Assembly (NCBI GenBank): GCA_024400785.1
Contig: JAKSME010000001.1
Span: forward strand, 16,198-80,197
Reading direction: 5' to 3'
DNA: 64,000 bases
From: Bacteroidales bacterium
Lineage (GTDB): Bacteria > Bacteroidota > Bacteroidia > Bacteroidales > WCHB1-69
Positions 18,527 through 29,532 of the stretch are shown piece by piece. Under the pieces are notes generated by a model, which saw only the letters and a program-made list of their open reading frames with translations, ran no database searches and was not told the DNA's origin. The stretch's first letter is position 1. Each line of letters starts with the position of its first letter. Position numbers and translations under genes: made by a program.

Positions 18527-21500
18527 CTAATCAAATTGAACGTTCAGTGACAAGCCACGCAACTCGTTAACAAGCACGTTGAAGGATTCCGGCAAGCCGG
18601 GAACTGGCATCACATCACCCTTGACGATGGATTCGTAAGCCTTTGCACGGCCAACCACGTCATCGGACTTAACGGTCAGAATTTCCTGAAGCACGTTGGC
18701 TGCACCGAAGGCTTCGATAGCCCAGACTTCCATTTCACCGAAACGCTGACCACCGAATTGGGCTTTACCACCCAGAGGTTGTTGCGTAATCATGGAGTAA
18801 GGTCCGATGGAACGGGCGTGCATCTTATCATCAACCATGTGGTGCAACTTAATCATGTAAATGTAGCCCACAGTGACTTTTTGATGGAATTTTTCGCCCG
18901 TGCCGCCGTCGTACAGGTCGACACTACCATTGGCGGGAAGACCAGCCTCTGCCAAGAGTTCGTTAATTTGATCAATACTTGCACCGTCGAAAATCGGGGT
19001 GGCAAACTTCTTACCCAAAGTTTTACCTGCCCAACCCAAAACGGTTTCGTAAATCTGTCCCAAGTTCATACGTGAAGGCACACCCAGCGGGTTCAGCACG
19101 ATGTCAACCGGAGTTCCGTCTGCCAAGAACGGCATATCTTCTTCCTTGACAATCTTGGCCACAATACCCTTGTTACCATGACGACCTGCCATCTTGTCAC
19201 CAACACGCAATTTACGTTTGTTGGCCACATAAACTTTAGCCATCTGAACAATGCCTGTCGGAAGCTCGCTGCCAATGGTGGCATCAAATTTCTCACGCAT
19301 CATCTTTGCGGTCAGCGCACGCTCTTCAATCAAATAGTTGCGGATGATTTCTGTTACCAAATCATTGATCTTGGCATCATTGGTCCACTTTGAAACTGAT
19401 ACGGTGGAATAATTGATGGTAGCCAACAACTTTTGTGAGAACTTAGCACCCTTTTGGATGATTACGTTCTTGGCATTGTCGTAAATGTTATGGGCAATCT
19501 TGCCATTCAACAAGTCGTACAACTTGATGACAATCTTTTCTTTCAATGCGGACAATTCTTTTTCGAAAGCTGCATCGATTTCTTTCAAAATGTCCTTGTC
19601 TTTTGATTTTGCCTTGCGGTCTTTCATCAAACGAGAGAGGGACTTAGCAGCGATAACCACACCCTTCATTGATGGCGGTGCCTTGAGGGAGGCATCTTTC
19701 ACATCGCCGGCCTTGTCACCGAAGATGGCGCGGAGAAGTTTCTCTTCAGGAGTCGGATATGACTCGCCCTTAGGAGTAATCTTACCAATCAAAATGTCGC
19801 CTTCGTTGACTTCGGCACCGACGCGGATCAAACCGTCTTCGCCCAAATCTTTTGTGGCTTCGGTAGATACGTTCGGAATATCGTTGGTAAATTCTTCAAC
19901 ACCACGTTTGGTGTCACGGACTTCGAGGGTGAGTTCGTCGATATGAATGGAGGTGAAGATATCTTCTTTCACCACTCTTTCAGAAATAACGATTGCATCC
20001 TCGTAGTTATAACCTTTCCAAGGCATGAAAGCAACCTTCATATTACGGCCGAGTGCGAGTTCACCGCCCTTGGTTGCATAACCTTCGGTAAGAACCTGGC
20101 CTTTGACAACGCGTTCGCCTTTGCGGACAATCGGTTTGTCGTTGATACATGAGTTCTGGTTGGTTCTTCTGAATTTTTGGAGGTTGTAAGTTTTTTCTTC
20201 TGAATCGAAGCGGACAAGTTTTTCTGCTTCGGTACGGTCATATTTGATGCTGATTTTGGTAGCATCGGCATAAGTAACCACACCGTTGCCTTCTGCGCGA
20301 AGGAGTGCGCGTGAGTCGAGGGCAACTTGGCGTTCCAAACCGGTACCTACAATCGGAGCTTCCGGATCCAACAAAGGAACGGCCTGACGCATCATGTTAG
20401 AACCCATCAATGCACGGTTAGCGTCATCGTTTTCCAAGAACGGAATTAAGGATGCTGCGATAGAGGCAATCTGGTTGGGGGCAACATCGATGAGGTCGAT
20501 TTCTTCTTTCGGAAGAATCGGGAAGTCGGCCAAATTACGGGCTTTGACTTTGTCGCACAGTTTGCCGTCGGCATCCATCGGGGTACGGGCCTGCGCGATA
20601 GATTTGTTTTCTTCCTCTTCTGCGCTAAGGTATACCGGCGGTTCATTGAATTGAACGACGCCATCAACAACCTTACGGTAAGGTGTTTCAATGAAACCGA
20701 GATTGTTGATTTTTGCGAAAACGCACAAAGATGAAATCAAACCGATGTTAGGACCTTCAGGGGTTTCGATGGTACACAAACGACCATAGTGGGTGTAGTG
20801 TACGTCACGGACTTCGAAACCTGCACGTTCACGGGACAGACCGCCAGGACCGAGGGCAGAAATTCTGCGCTTGTGGGTGAGTTCTGACAGCGGGTTGGTT
20901 TGGTCCATGAACTGTGACAGCTGGTTGGTACCGAAGAAAGAGTTAATGACGGATGACAAAGTCTTGGCGTTGATCAAGTCAATCGGGCTGAAGACTTCGT
21001 TGTCGCGTACATTCATTTTTTCGCGGATGGTTCTCGACATACGCATGAGCCCCATTCCGAACTGGTTGTATAATTGTTCTCCAACGGTGCGGATACGACG
21101 GTTGCTCAAGTGGTCGATATCGTCGACTTCCGTTTTGGAGTTGATCAATTCAATCAAATATTTGATAATCTCGATGATGTCTTCTTTGGTAAGCACGCAG
21201 ACATCCATCGGGATGTTAAGATTCAATTTCTTATTGATACGGTAGCGGCCTACTTCACCGAGGTCGTAACGTTTGTCGGAGAAGAACAGTTTTTCCAAGG
21301 TGGAGCGAGCGGTTTCTTCATCCGGCGGAGCTGCGTTACGCAACTGTTGGTAAATGTATTCAATGGCCTGTTTTTCCGTATTGGTCGGGTCTTTCGCCAT
21401 CGTATTGGTGATGATCGAAAAGTCGGTTTGTTTTTCACCTTCTTTATGGAAGTAGACCGTTTTGATGCCTGCTTCAGCAATCATGTTGATATGCTTTTCT

Positions 21501-22330
21501 TCGAGGAAGGCACCTCTTTCGATAATCACTTCAGTACGTTCGATATTGACGACTTCTCCTGTTCCTTCATCTACTAAGTCTTCGTTTCTCTTACGGACAA
21601 CGCGAGCGGCGAATTTATGGCCGATGAACTTTTTGAGGTTCACCTTGGTAGCTTTAACTTCCTGAGCGATGTCGAAGATTTCCAAGATATCTTTATCATC
21701 TTCATAACCGATGGCGCGGAGCAACGTGGTAACCGGTAATTTCTTTTTACGGTCGATGTAAGCATACATCACGTTGTTGATATCGGTTGTGAATTCCATC
21801 CAAGAACCTTTGAAGGGGATGATTCTGGCGGAATAAAGCTGTGTTCCGTTGGTGTGGAACGACGAGCCGAAGAAAACGCCGGGGGAACGGTGGAGTTGGG
21901 ATACCACTACACGTTCGGCACCGTTAATGATAAAGGTGCCACGGGGCGTCATATAAGGAATTGTGCCCAGATATACGTCCTGAATTACGGTTTCAAAATC
22001 CTCATGATCGGCATCGTTGCACGACAATTTCATCTTGGCTTTCAACGGTACGCTGAAGGTGAGACCTCTTTCTATGCATTCTTCCATAGAATAGCGGGGG
22101 CCGTCGATATAGTAATCCAAGAATTCGAGAACGAAACTATTTCGCGCGTCGGTGATGGGGAAGTTTTCAGAGAACACCTTGAAAAGACCTTCTTTGTGTC
22201 TTCTTTCGGCATCGGTGTCAATTTGGAAAAACTCCTGAAACGACTTCAACTGAATATCCAACAAATCGGGATATTCTGCTGGGCGCGTTTTTGCAAAACT
22301 ATGTCTGGTATTTGTATTATTTGTTGCCAA
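18527..22330 (-). CDS. rpoB: DNA-directed RNA polymerase subunit beta
   Basis: Conserved throughout (e.g. [20 protein letters not shown]). The start is uncertain. TTG at 22330 gives about 1267 aa, with the N-terminus (L)[33 protein letters not shown] aligning with typical Bacteroidota RpoB. The in-frame ATGs at 22387 and 22432 add non-conserved residues. Confidence 0.95.
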   Translation of the reverse strand: MATNNTNTRHSFAKTRPAEYPDLLDIQLKSFQEFFQIDTDAERRHKEGLFKVFSENFPITDARNSFVLEFLDYYIDGPRYSMEECIERGLTFSVPLKAKMKLSCNDADHEDFETVIQDVYLGTIPYMTPRGTFIINGAERVVVSQLHRSPGVFFGSSFHTNGTQLYSARIIPFKGSWMEFTTDINNVMYAYIDRKKKLPVTTLLRAIGYEDDKDILEIFDIAQEVKATKVNLKKFIGHKFAARVVRKRNEDLVDEGTGEVVNIERTEVIIERGAFLEEKHINMIAEAGIKTVYFHKEGEKQTDFSIITNTMAKDPTNTEKQAIEYIYQQLRNAAPPDEETARSTLEKLFFSDKRYDLGEVGRYRINKKLNLNIPMDVCVLTKEDIIEIIKYLIELINSKTEVDDIDHLSNRRIRTVGEQLYNQFGMGLMRMSRTIREKMNVRDNEVFSPIDLINAKTLSSVINSFFGTNQLSQFMDQTNPLSELTHKRRISALGPGGLSRERAGFEVRDVHYTHYGRLCTIETPEGPNIGLISSLCVFAKINNLGFIETPYRKVVDGVVQFNEPPVYLSAEEEENKSIAQARTPMDADGKLCDKVKARNLADFPILPKEEIDLIDVAPNQIASIAASLIPFLENDDANRALMGSNMMRQAVPLLDPEAPIVGTGLERQVALDSRALLRAEGNGVVTYADATKISIKYDRTEAEKLVRFDSEEKTYNLQKFRRTNQNSCINDKPIVRKGERVVKGQVLTEGYATKGGELALGRNMKVAFMPWKGYNYEDAIVISERVVKEDIFTSIHIDELTLEVRDTKRGVEEFTNDIPNVSTEATKDLGEDGLIRVGAEVNEGDILIGKITPKGESYPTPEEKLLRAIFGDKAGDVKDASLKAPPSMKGVVIAAKSLSRLMKDRKAKSKDKDILKEIDAAFEKELSALKEKIVIKLYDLLNGKIAHNIYDNAKNVIIQKGAKFSQKLLATINYSTVSVSKWTNDAKINDLVTEIIRNYLIEERALTAKMMREKFDATIGSELPTGIVQMAKVYVANKRKLRVGDKMAGRHGNKGIVAKIVKEEDMPFLADGTPVDIVLNPLGVPSRMNLGQIYETVLGWAGKTLGKKFATPIFDGASIDQINELLAEAGLPANGSVDLYDGGTGEKFHQKVTVGYIYMIKLHHMVDDKMHARSIGPYSMITQQPLGGKAQFGGQRFGEMEVWAIEAFGAANVLQEILTVKSDDVVGRAKAYESIVKGDVMPVPGLPESFNVLVNELRGLSLNVQFD

Positions 22331-22419
22331 TGTTGTTTTACTTTTTAAGTTTGTAAAAAAAGTGTGAAAGGTCGGTGGTATCGGCATTAAACCGGAGCGC
22401 GAGACAATACGCGGGGAGC

Positions 22420-22472
22420 GTAAAAAAAACACAATAAGTACAAGGCCCCGTGTTTATCGGGAGCCTTGTACT
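22420..22472 (-). terminator. rplL-rpoB intergenic attenuator/terminator hairpin
   Basis: On the minus strand: AGTACAAGGC...GCCTTGTACT stem (22437-22472) followed by a T-run (plus-strand A-run 22422-22430). Confidence 0.5.
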
Positions 22473-22494
22473 TGATTGTCAGAGGTAAAACAAA

Positions 22495-22872
22495 TTATTT
22501 TACTTCTACTTCAGCGCCGGCTTCTTCCAGAGACTTCTTGAGGCCTTCAGCTTCGTCTTTGGAAACACCTTCCTTGATAGCCTTCGGAGCACCGTCAACT
22601 AATTCCTTAGCTTCCTTAAGTCCGAGACCGGTGAGTTCTTTCACTAATTTTACAACTGCCAATTTCTGAGCGCCAGCGTTTTTGAGGATGACGTCGAATT
22701 CGGTTTTTTCTTCAGCTGCTGCTGCTGCGCCACCTGCTGCGGGAGCTGCTACTGCTACTGCTGCTGCTGCGGGTTCAATACCGTATTCTTCTTTCAAAAT
22801 TTGAGCGAGTTCGTTAACTTCCTTAACGGTCAAATTTACTAATTGTTCTGCAAATGCTTTCAAATCTGCCAT
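22495..22872 (-). CDS. rplL: 50S ribosomal protein L7/L12
   Basis: 125 aa. Ala-rich hinge and C-terminal [23 protein letters not shown] motif. Confidence 0.97.
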   Translation of the reverse strand: MADLKAFAEQLVNLTVKEVNELAQILKEEYGIEPAAAAVAVAAPAAGGAAAAAEEKTEFDVILKNAGAQKLAVVKLVKELTGLGLKEAKELVDGAPKAIKEGVSKDEAEGLKKSLEEAGAEVEVK

Positions 22873-22910
22873 GATTTTATTTTTTTAAATGGTTTCTAAA
22901 TTGATTTTTA

Positions 22911-23432
22911 TTATTCTGCTCTTTCTGACAAAGTTTTTACGATGCCAGCGAGTTTGCCACCACCAGACTGCAAAGCGGAGATGACATTCTTTGCGGGAGA
23001 CTGCAACAAACCGATGATGTCACCGATGAGTTCTTCTCTCGACTTAATGTTGCAAAGATTTTCTAATTGATCGTCACCGATGTAAGCAGCACTTTCAATA
23101 AAAGCTGCCTTCACAATAGGTTTTTTGTTTTTTGCACGGAATTCTTTGATTAATCTTGCCGGTGCGTTACCTACTGTTGACAACATGATAGCGGTGCTAC
23201 CTTCCAATACCGGATAGATTTCCGAGTAATCAGCTGCGGACTGGTCCATTGCGCGTTTCAAGAGGGTGTTTTTCACAACCTTCAATTTGATTTCGCGTTT
23301 GAAACATTGTCTTCTCAACTGGTTAACCGTTTCAACAGTGAATCCCGAAATATCCGTTACATATACGTTCGGATAATTAGCTAAATCGTTCGCAATCTCG
23401 TCAATGATTTGACCTTTTTGTTCTTGTTTCAT
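22911..23432 (-). CDS. rplJ: 50S ribosomal protein L10
   Basis: 173 aa. Position between rplA and rplL, with an L10-like sequence. Confidence 0.93.
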   Translation of the reverse strand: MKQEQKGQIIDEIANDLANYPNVYVTDISGFTVETVNQLRRQCFKREIKLKVVKNTLLKRAMDQSAADYSEIYPVLEGSTAIMLSTVGNAPARLIKEFRAKNKKPIVKAAFIESAAYIGDDQLENLCNIKSREELIGDIIGLLQSPAKNVISALQSGGGKLAGIVKTLSERAE

Positions 23433-23450
23433 ACTAATTTAGCGTTTAGA

Positions 23451-24146
23451 TTATACTGTAACCGATTTAACATCAACTTGTACACCAGGACTCATCGTAG
23501 AGGAGATGTAAATGCTCTTGATATAGGTTCCCTTTGCTGCGGTCGGTTTCAATTTGATAATGGTTGCCATCATCTCACGGGCATTCTCAACCAACTTGTC
23601 GGCGCTGAAATTAATCTTGCCAATACCAGTGTGGATGATACCGTATTTGTCAACCTTGAAGTCAATCTTACCGGCTTTCACATCTGCTACTGCCTTACCA
23701 ATTTCCATGGTAACGGTACCAGCTTTCGGGTTCGGCATCAAGCCGCGGGGACCCAAAATCTTACCCAGCGCACCAATCTTCGGCATTACGCTCGGCATGG
23801 TGATGATAACATCTACGTCTGTCCAACCTTTTTTGATTTTGTCAACGTATTCTTCCAAGCCTACATAATCTGCGCCGGCAGCCTTTGCTTCTTCCTCCTT
23901 GTCGGGGGTACAAAGAACCAAAACTCTAACCACTTTGCCAGTGCCGTGCGGGAGGGTTACAATACCTCTCACCATCTGATTGGCCTTACGGGGGTCAACT
24001 CCCAGACGGACGTCAATATCAAAAGATGCATCGAATTTGGTATAGGTGATGTTCTTTACGATATTTACGGCTTCGGTCAACGGGTAAGCCTTGGTCTTAT
24101 CAAATTTTGCAAAAGCTTCTTTGCGTTTTTTTGATATTTTAGCCAT
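23451..24146 (-). CDS. rplA: 50S ribosomal protein L1
   Basis: 231 aa. Motifs [22 protein letters not shown] and [10 protein letters not shown]. Confidence 0.97.
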   Translation of the reverse strand: MAKISKKRKEAFAKFDKTKAYPLTEAVNIVKNITYTKFDASFDIDVRLGVDPRKANQMVRGIVTLPHGTGKVVRVLVLCTPDKEEEAKAAGADYVGLEEYVDKIKKGWTDVDVIITMPSVMPKIGALGKILGPRGLMPNPKAGTVTMEIGKAVADVKAGKIDFKVDKYGIIHTGIGKINFSADKLVENAREMMATIIKLKPTAAKGTYIKSIYISSTMSPGVQVDVKSVTV

Positions 24147-24170
24147 TTTGTCTTACTTTAACTTTGATAA

Positions 24171-24620
24171 TTAATTTTTCTCGAAAGGATTCGTGCCACC
24201 TTTGACCACGATACCCATGCTGCGGGCTGTGCCTGCAACCATTGACATTGCTGATTCAGTTGTGAAACAGTTCAAATCGGGCATCTTGTCATCTGCAATA
24301 GCCTTTACCTGATCCCAGGTAATGGTTGCCACTTTGTTTCTGTTCGGTTCTGCTGAACCGGATTTCAACTTAGCAGCATCCTTCAGTTGCACTGCAACCG
24401 GAGGAGTCTTGATGACAAAGTCAAAAGATTTGTCCTTATAAACAGTAATGATAACCGGAATGATTTTTCCGGCTTTGTCCTGCGTACGGGCATTGAACTG
24501 CTTACAGAACTCCATGATGTTCACACCTTTAGAACCCAATGCGGGGCCTACTGGCGGTGACGGATTGGCGGCACCTCCCTTGATTTGTAACTTAATAAGT
24601 CCAGCTACTTCTTTTGCCAT
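24171..24620 (-). CDS. rplK: 50S ribosomal protein L11
   Basis: 149 aa. Motifs [21 protein letters not shown] and [11 protein letters not shown]. Confidence 0.97.
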   Translation of the reverse strand: MAKEVAGLIKLQIKGGAANPSPPVGPALGSKGVNIMEFCKQFNARTQDKAGKIIPVIITVYKDKSFDFVIKTPPVAVQLKDAAKLKSGSAEPNRNKVATITWDQVKAIADDKMPDLNCFTTESAMSMVAGTARSMGIVVKGGTNPFEKN

Positions 24621-24661
24621 TTTTAATTTTTTTAATTGTGTAACAGTTTTTCGTCAGTACC

Positions 24662-25213
24662 TTACATCTTTTCAACCTGCATAAAACTCAACTCAAGCGG
24701 AGTCTTACGACCGAAGATTTTCACCATAACCTTCAGTTTCTTCTTCTCGGTGTTGATTTCTTCAATCACACCGGTAAAAGTGTTGAAAGGACCATCAACC
24801 ACTTTGATTTCCTCACCTACAATGAAGGGGGGAGCAAAGGTTTCGTCTTGCTCAAGCAATTCGTCAACCTTCCCTAACATTCGGGTGACTTCTGCAGGAC
24901 GGAGAGGTGTAGGAATGTCGGTTTTGTGTTTGCAACCTACAAAGCCCAGCACGCCAGGTATGTTCAGCAAAATATGCAATACTTCCGTCAAGTGCATGAC
25001 CTCTACGAAGACATACCCCGGAAAGTAGGTCGTTTCTTTGCTAATCTTTTTACCATTGCGAATCTGGTAAACCTTTTCGGTCGGAATCAAGATGTTGGTG
25101 ACAAATTCCTTCAAGTGGGAAGACTCAATCTCGCTTTCGATATTTTGCTTCACCTTCTTTTCGGTACCGGTCACCGCTCTGATCACATACCACTTTCTTT
25201 CAATTTCTGCCAT
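24662..25213 (-). CDS. nusG: Transcription termination/antitermination factor NusG
   Basis: Start taken at MAEIERKWYVIRAVTGTEKK (25213). NGN domain plus C-terminal KOW (GEEIKVVDGPF). Confidence 0.93.
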   Translation of the reverse strand: MAEIERKWYVIRAVTGTEKKVKQNIESEIESSHLKEFVTNILIPTEKVYQIRNGKKISKETTYFPGYVFVEVMHLTEVLHILLNIPGVLGFVGCKHKTDIPTPLRPAEVTRMLGKVDELLEQDETFAPPFIVGEEIKVVDGPFNTFTGVIEEINTEKKKLKVMVKIFGRKTPLELSFMQVEKM

Positions 25214-25258
25214 ACAGCCAAAGTGTTTTACGGTAAATACCAACTAAATTATTCTACT

Positions 25259-25459
25259 TTAAGCAAGTCCCGGAATTTTGAACATAAGGTCCATGCCCCA
25301 TGAAAAGAAAACATCCATCAACCATACGATTAACGCAATGATTAGGGAAGCAATGGATACAACAATGACACTGCTCTGCAAGTCATCGGCTGACGGCCAG
25401 GTTACTTTGTTCACCAATTCGTCATAAGTTTCTTTCAAATATTTTCCTAACTTTCTCAT
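25259..25459 (-). CDS. secE: Preprotein translocase subunit SecE
   Basis: MRKLGKYLKETYDELVNKVTWPS... followed by a single TM segment. Start taken at Met 25459; an upstream in-frame Met at 25543 is possible. Confidence 0.75.
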   Translation of the reverse strand: MRKLGKYLKETYDELVNKVTWPSADDLQSSVIVVSIASLIIALIVWLMDVFFSWGMDLMFKIPGLA

Positions 25460-25769
25460 TTTGGATAATTTTTTTTCGATTATTTTCTTTTTTTGGAAGT
25501 TTTGGAAGCGATTTTTACCATTTTCATCACCTTTTTGAGCCATTTTTATTGCAGTTAAGCACAAACACAACTGCCTTATAAACAAATATTTATAAGCGCA
25601 ATTGCGTAACCCATCGCCCCATAGCATACTTCACTTCAATAAGCTGGCAAATATAGTCATTTTTTCTATCCCGCAAACTATTGTTGAAAAAATGTGCAAA
25701 AAATTTTTTTTATTTCTCGTTTTTTTTTCTACAAAGAAATTCGGCATGCCCCGTTTCAATATTTTTATG

Positions 25770-25777
25770 TACTTTTG
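25770..25777 (+). promoter_or_regulatory. -7 promoter box TACTTTTG upstream of the purine nucleoside phosphorylase gene
   Basis: Perfect TAnnTTTG 40 nt before the ATG at 25818. Confidence 0.45.
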
Positions 25778-25817
25778 CCTCCAATTTTGAAAAATTGTAG
25801 ATAAATATATATATGGT

Positions 25818-26636
25818 ATGTTAGACATTCAGAAGATTAAAGAAAGCGCACGCTTTATAGAAAGCCAAATTACAGCCAAACCCACCATCGCTATCGTTCT
25901 CGGCTCCGGTTTGGGCGGTTTGGTGAAAAACGTCAAGATTCAACAAGAAATTTCTTATAAAAATATTCCGAATTTCCCCGTTTCCACCGTGCAAGGTCAC
26001 AAGGGAACGCTCATCTTCGGCGAACTCAACGGAGTGAACGTGCTCGTAATGAACGGCCGCTTCCACTATTACGAAGGCCATTCCATGCAGACCCTCACCT
26101 TCCCCATCCAAGTTTTCAACGAAATGGGAATCAAGAAACTCATCCTTTCCAATGCGGCCGGCGGCCTCAATCCCTCGTTTGACATTGCCGACGTGATGAT
26201 CATCCGCGACCATATCAACCTCATGGGCAACAACCCGTTGATGGGTCCCAACAACGATGACCTCGGTCCGAGATTCCCCGACATGAGCGAAGCCTACTCG
26301 CACAGATTCATCAAGTTGGCAAAGAAGATTGGCGAGGAACAGAAAATCAAACTGCAATGCGGTGTGTACCTTGGCGTTACCGGCCCCTGCTACGAAACCC
26401 CCGCCGAATATGTTGCCTTCCACGCACTCGGCGCCGATGCCGTGGGCATGTCTACCGTTCCTGAAACCATCATGGCCCGCTACCTCGGAATGGAGGTCTT
26501 CGCACTTTCCGTCATTACCGACCTCGGCGTCATCGGGCAGATTGAAAAAGCTTCTCACGAAGACGTCCTCAACGCCGCTGCCAAAGCCGAACCCAACATG
26601 GTGAAACTCGTCAGCGAGCTCGTTGCTCAACTGTAG
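25818..26636 (+). CDS. Purine nucleoside phosphorylase (trimeric PNP family)
   Basis: 272 aa. Motifs IVLGSGLGGL, VQGHKGTLIFGELNG, GRFHYYEGH, MSTVPE and VITD are typical of inosine/guanosine PNP. Confidence 0.9.
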   Translation: MLDIQKIKESARFIESQITAKPTIAIVLGSGLGGLVKNVKIQQEISYKNIPNFPVSTVQGHKGTLIFGELNGVNVLVMNGRFHYYEGHSMQTLTFPIQVFNEMGIKKLILSNAAGGLNPSFDIADVMIIRDHINLMGNNPLMGPNNDDLGPRFPDMSEAYSHRFIKLAKKIGEEQKIKLQCGVYLGVTGPCYETPAEYVAFHALGADAVGMSTVPETIMARYLGMEVFALSVITDLGVIGQIEKASHEDVLNAAAKAEPNMVKLVSELVAQL

Positions 26637-27055
26637 ATTCTTAGGCGCCGGCCATCGTAGCTGGTGTGATAATATTTCAAATGATATCTGGAGGGTCCGT
26701 CAATCACGGACCCGTCTAGTATGTTGAAGCGCGAACCGCAATGCGGGTCCACAATCATCAACCCACTTTCATCCACTTCCAACCAAGAGTCCGTATCTTC
26801 CCAATCGTACGGACAAGCGCGGTCGTATGCCACAAATGTGCTCATGTCAATACGGTACACAATGATGCCCGCGACGCCGCCGGTCAGATACTCATGCCCC
26901 CCTATGTAATTTAAATTGTAATAATTGACATTGTCGGGATAGATGGTGAAATTCACCTGCACATTGGGAATGGTTTCGTGTTCGAAACCGTTGCAGCGCC
27001 AAAACAAAACGGCCGACAACAAAACAAGCGCGACAACTTTGCAGAAACTTTTCAT
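26627..27055 (-). CDS. Rieske-fold-like small secreted/lipoprotein (metal ligands apparently degenerate)
   Basis: 142 aa. Signal sequence ending in Cys. ACPYDW...DPHCGSRFNILDGSVIDGP resembles the Rieske CxH...CxxH region but lacks the first His. Confidence 0.5.
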   Translation of the reverse strand: MKSFCKVVALVLLSAVLFWRCNGFEHETIPNVQVNFTIYPDNVNYYNLNYIGGHEYLTGGVAGIIVYRIDMSTFVAYDRACPYDWEDTDSWLEVDESGLMIVDPHCGSRFNILDGSVIDGPSRYHLKYYHTSYDGRRLRIYS

Positions 27056-27066
27056 CGTTATAATAA

Positions 27067-27669
27067 TTATTTTTCGCTGGGTTCTACTTTTTCAGCTTTT
27101 ACCGTCATGGCCTTAATGCCCGTAAAGGAGAATTTGGCATCCGGCGGAACGATTTCCACTTTGAATGTGGCCATACCCTTCGAGGGGAATTTTATGTTTT
27201 GAAAGATGGTATGCGCGTGGCGCATCAGGCGTTTGCCATTCGTCTCTTCCAACACTCTGTCGTCCTTGTTTTCAGTGAACATGATTTTGTATTGCTGGGT
27301 GCGCTTGAACGTGGAGTCGGGAGAATAGGCCGTGACAACGATGGGCAAATAACTAATGTCGATATCCGAATAATAATCGGTATAAACGGTAACCGCGTAC
27401 TGAGCATTCTCATCCGGGATTTCACCCTTCATTAAAACTTCGTGATGTAGAATGATATCGCCATTGTCGAGAAATTCTTTTCGAGGAATGTATGTGTTAT
27501 TCGGGAATTTGTGGGTGGCAGAAAAACCGAGTTCCTTTTCAACGGCAATTTCTTGTTCCGGGGTTTGAAACTCTTTGCTTTTTTCTTTTTTATCTTTACA
27601 AGAAACAACTAATGCGCTGATTATCATTACAATGAGAATGAGTTGGATGTTGTTGAAAAGAATTTTCAT
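27067..27669 (-). CDS. Lipoprotein, possibly GldH-like
   Basis: 200 aa. Lipobox VVSC. The C-terminal half (FQNIKFPSKGMATFKVEI...FTGIKAMTV) loosely resembles the gliding lipoprotein GldH. The family assignment is tentative. Confidence 0.45.
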   Translation of the reverse strand: MKILFNNIQLILIVMIISALVVSCKDKKEKSKEFQTPEQEIAVEKELGFSATHKFPNNTYIPRKEFLDNGDIILHHEVLMKGEIPDENAQYAVTVYTDYYSDIDISYLPIVVTAYSPDSTFKRTQQYKIMFTENKDDRVLEETNGKRLMRHAHTIFQNIKFPSKGMATFKVEIVPPDAKFSFTGIKAMTVKAEKVEPSEK

Positions 27670-27815
27670 TTTTGAAATATTTGAGTTAGGATTTTTGATA
27701 CTTTCGCGTTCGAAAATTGCTGCAAAGTTACATTAAATTTCAAAAACTCAAAGTGTCGTTTTTTATAACTGGTGGCAAAATGTAAAATTCTATATTTCTA
27801 ACAATTAACTAAAAT

Positions 27816-28460
27816 TTGCAAGCAATGAAAGTGAAAAAATTTTACGTAGTATGGCAAGGTCGCATTCCTGGAATTTATGATACCTGGAACGAGTGCAAGG
27901 CCCAAGTCGATGGATTTGAGAATGCCAAATACAAAAGTTTTGAAAGTTTGGCCGAAGCACATCGGCAATACAAAGCAGGATATGAAAGTTTTCGGCAGAC
28001 GCATCCCATTATACCGAAAACTCCTCCCACCCTTTTCACCGATGAAAAAGACCACCCCATCTGGGAAAGTCTTTCCGTGGATGCGGCCTGCAACATGTCC
28101 ACTCGCGTAATGGAATATCGCGGCGTTGATACCAAAACGAAAGCAGAAATCTTCCACATTGGCCCTTTCAAAAACGCCACAAACAACATGGGCGAGTTTT
28201 TAGCACTCGTCCATGGTTTAGCATATCTTAAAAAGAAGGGTAGTAACATGCCCATTTATTCTGACAGCATTACGGCGATTGCGTGGGTGCGCCAGAAAAA
28301 GCACAAGTCAACGGTTAAGCCCACTCCTGAAAATGCCCAACTTTTCGATTTACTCACTCGGGCCGAAAACTGGTTGAAAAACAACACTTTCAGCAATCCA
28401 ATTTTGAAATGGAACACTCCTTCGTGGGGAGAAATTCCAGCCGACTTCGGCAGAAAATAG
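27816..28460 (+). CDS. rnhA: Ribonuclease H1 with N-terminal hybrid-binding (Cauli_VI-type) domain
   Basis: KKFYVVWQGRIPGIYDTWNECKAQVDGFENAKYKSFESLAEA is the dsRNA/hybrid-binding domain. The C-terminal part has an RNase H-like MGEFLALVHGL...IYSDS motif. Confidence 0.8.
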   Translation: MQAMKVKKFYVVWQGRIPGIYDTWNECKAQVDGFENAKYKSFESLAEAHRQYKAGYESFRQTHPIIPKTPPTLFTDEKDHPIWESLSVDAACNMSTRVMEYRGVDTKTKAEIFHIGPFKNATNNMGEFLALVHGLAYLKKKGSNMPIYSDSITAIAWVRQKKHKSTVKPTPENAQLFDLLTRAENWLKNNTFSNPILKWNTPSWGEIPADFGRK

Positions 28461-28479
28461 GCAGAGTGGATATAATCTA

Positions 28480-29424
28480 TTAGCTGTTGCCCACTTCGAA
28501 GTGAGAAGCGATAGAAGTATGATCACTAACACTCTTGATAACATCGGCCACCAAATTGGCGATGGTGCAAACTTCAACTTTGTCGGAAGGACGTTTCAAG
28601 GGAACTGTGTCGGTAACAACGACTTTGTCAAGCACTGAGTTTTCCAATTTTTCGAGGGCGTTGCCAGAGAGGAGCGGATGGGTACACATGGCATAAACTT
28701 TCTTGGCACCCAATTCTTTCACTCTTTCAGCAGCTTTGCAGATGGTTCCGCCGGTGTCCATGATATCATCCAACAAAATGACGTTTTTGTCTTTGACGTT
28801 ACCAATAATTTGCATAGCGGCAACTTCATTGGCTTTTACACGTTGTTTGAAACCGATGGCAAAGTCGCAGTCCAAAGCCTTGGCATAAAGGGAAGCACGT
28901 TTGGTGCCTCCGGTATCGGGAGAAACAATGCAAAGGTTATCCCAATTCAAACTGCGAATGTAGGGAAGAAATACCGTGGAAGCGTAGAGATGATCAACAG
29001 GAACTTCGAAGAAACCCTGAATTTGATCAGCGTGTAAATCCATAGTAATCAGACGATTGATACCTGCGGCAGTGAGAAGGTTTGCCATTAATTTGGCACC
29101 GATAGAAGTTCTCGGTTTGTCTTTTCTGTCTTGACGAGAATAACCATAGTAGGGAACTACAGCGATGATTTCGGCAGCAGATGCTCGTTTGGCGGCATCA
29201 ATCAAAATCAGCAATTCAAGAATGTTTTCTGCGGGAGAGAAGGTGGGCTGAATAATGAAAACGTGGCGTCCGCGGATGGTTTCATTGTAATACGCTTGAA
29301 TTTCACCATCTTTGAATTGTACGATTTCTTCATCCAATAATGAAGTTCCTAACTGTTTGGCAATCTTTTCTGCCAACTCACGATTCGCACGTCCTGTTAC
29401 TAATGCGATGTCAGTTGTTTTCAT
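28480..29424 (-). CDS. prs: Ribose-phosphate pyrophosphokinase
   Basis: Start taken at MKTTDIALVTGRAN (29424). Motifs VVPYYGYSRQDRK, DLHADQIQGFF and PRPP-binding VILLDDIMDTGGT. Confidence 0.92.
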   Translation of the reverse strand: MKTTDIALVTGRANRELAEKIAKQLGTSLLDEEIVQFKDGEIQAYYNETIRGRHVFIIQPTFSPAENILELLILIDAAKRASAAEIIAVVPYYGYSRQDRKDKPRTSIGAKLMANLLTAAGINRLITMDLHADQIQGFFEVPVDHLYASTVFLPYIRSLNWDNLCIVSPDTGGTKRASLYAKALDCDFAIGFKQRVKANEVAAMQIIGNVKDKNVILLDDIMDTGGTICKAAERVKELGAKKVYAMCTHPLLSGNALEKLENSVLDKVVVTDTVPLKRPSDKVEVCTIANLVADVIKSVSDHTSIASHFEVGNS

Positions 29425-29532
29425 AATGTATTGATTATTAAGGATTAATGTTTTCAACTTGGATAATGCAAAAATAAAGGTTTTTTCTTTATTGATTCCA
29501 TTTTTTGAAAATATTCTTGTAATTTTGCAGTC

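Noticed and set aside
22331-22432. N-terminal extension of rpoB from the upstream ATG codons
   Set aside because: The extension residues ([34 protein letters not shown]) are unlike the conserved RpoB N-terminus, which begins right after the TTG at 22330. This is kept as an uncertainty rather than a feature.
23409-24134. 241-aa plus-strand ORF over rplA/rplJ, and similar long antisense ORFs in rpoB/rpoC (e.g. 16494-17252)
   Set aside because: They are antisense to unambiguous ribosomal-protein and RNAP genes and have no independent signals.
25821-26630. 269-aa minus-strand ORF spanning the whole purine nucleoside phosphorylase gene
   Set aside because: The plus-strand frame carries clear PNP motifs. 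The antisense frame is G/D/E/H-rich with no recognisable family and exactly mirrors the real gene, so it is a shadow ORF caused by codon bias.
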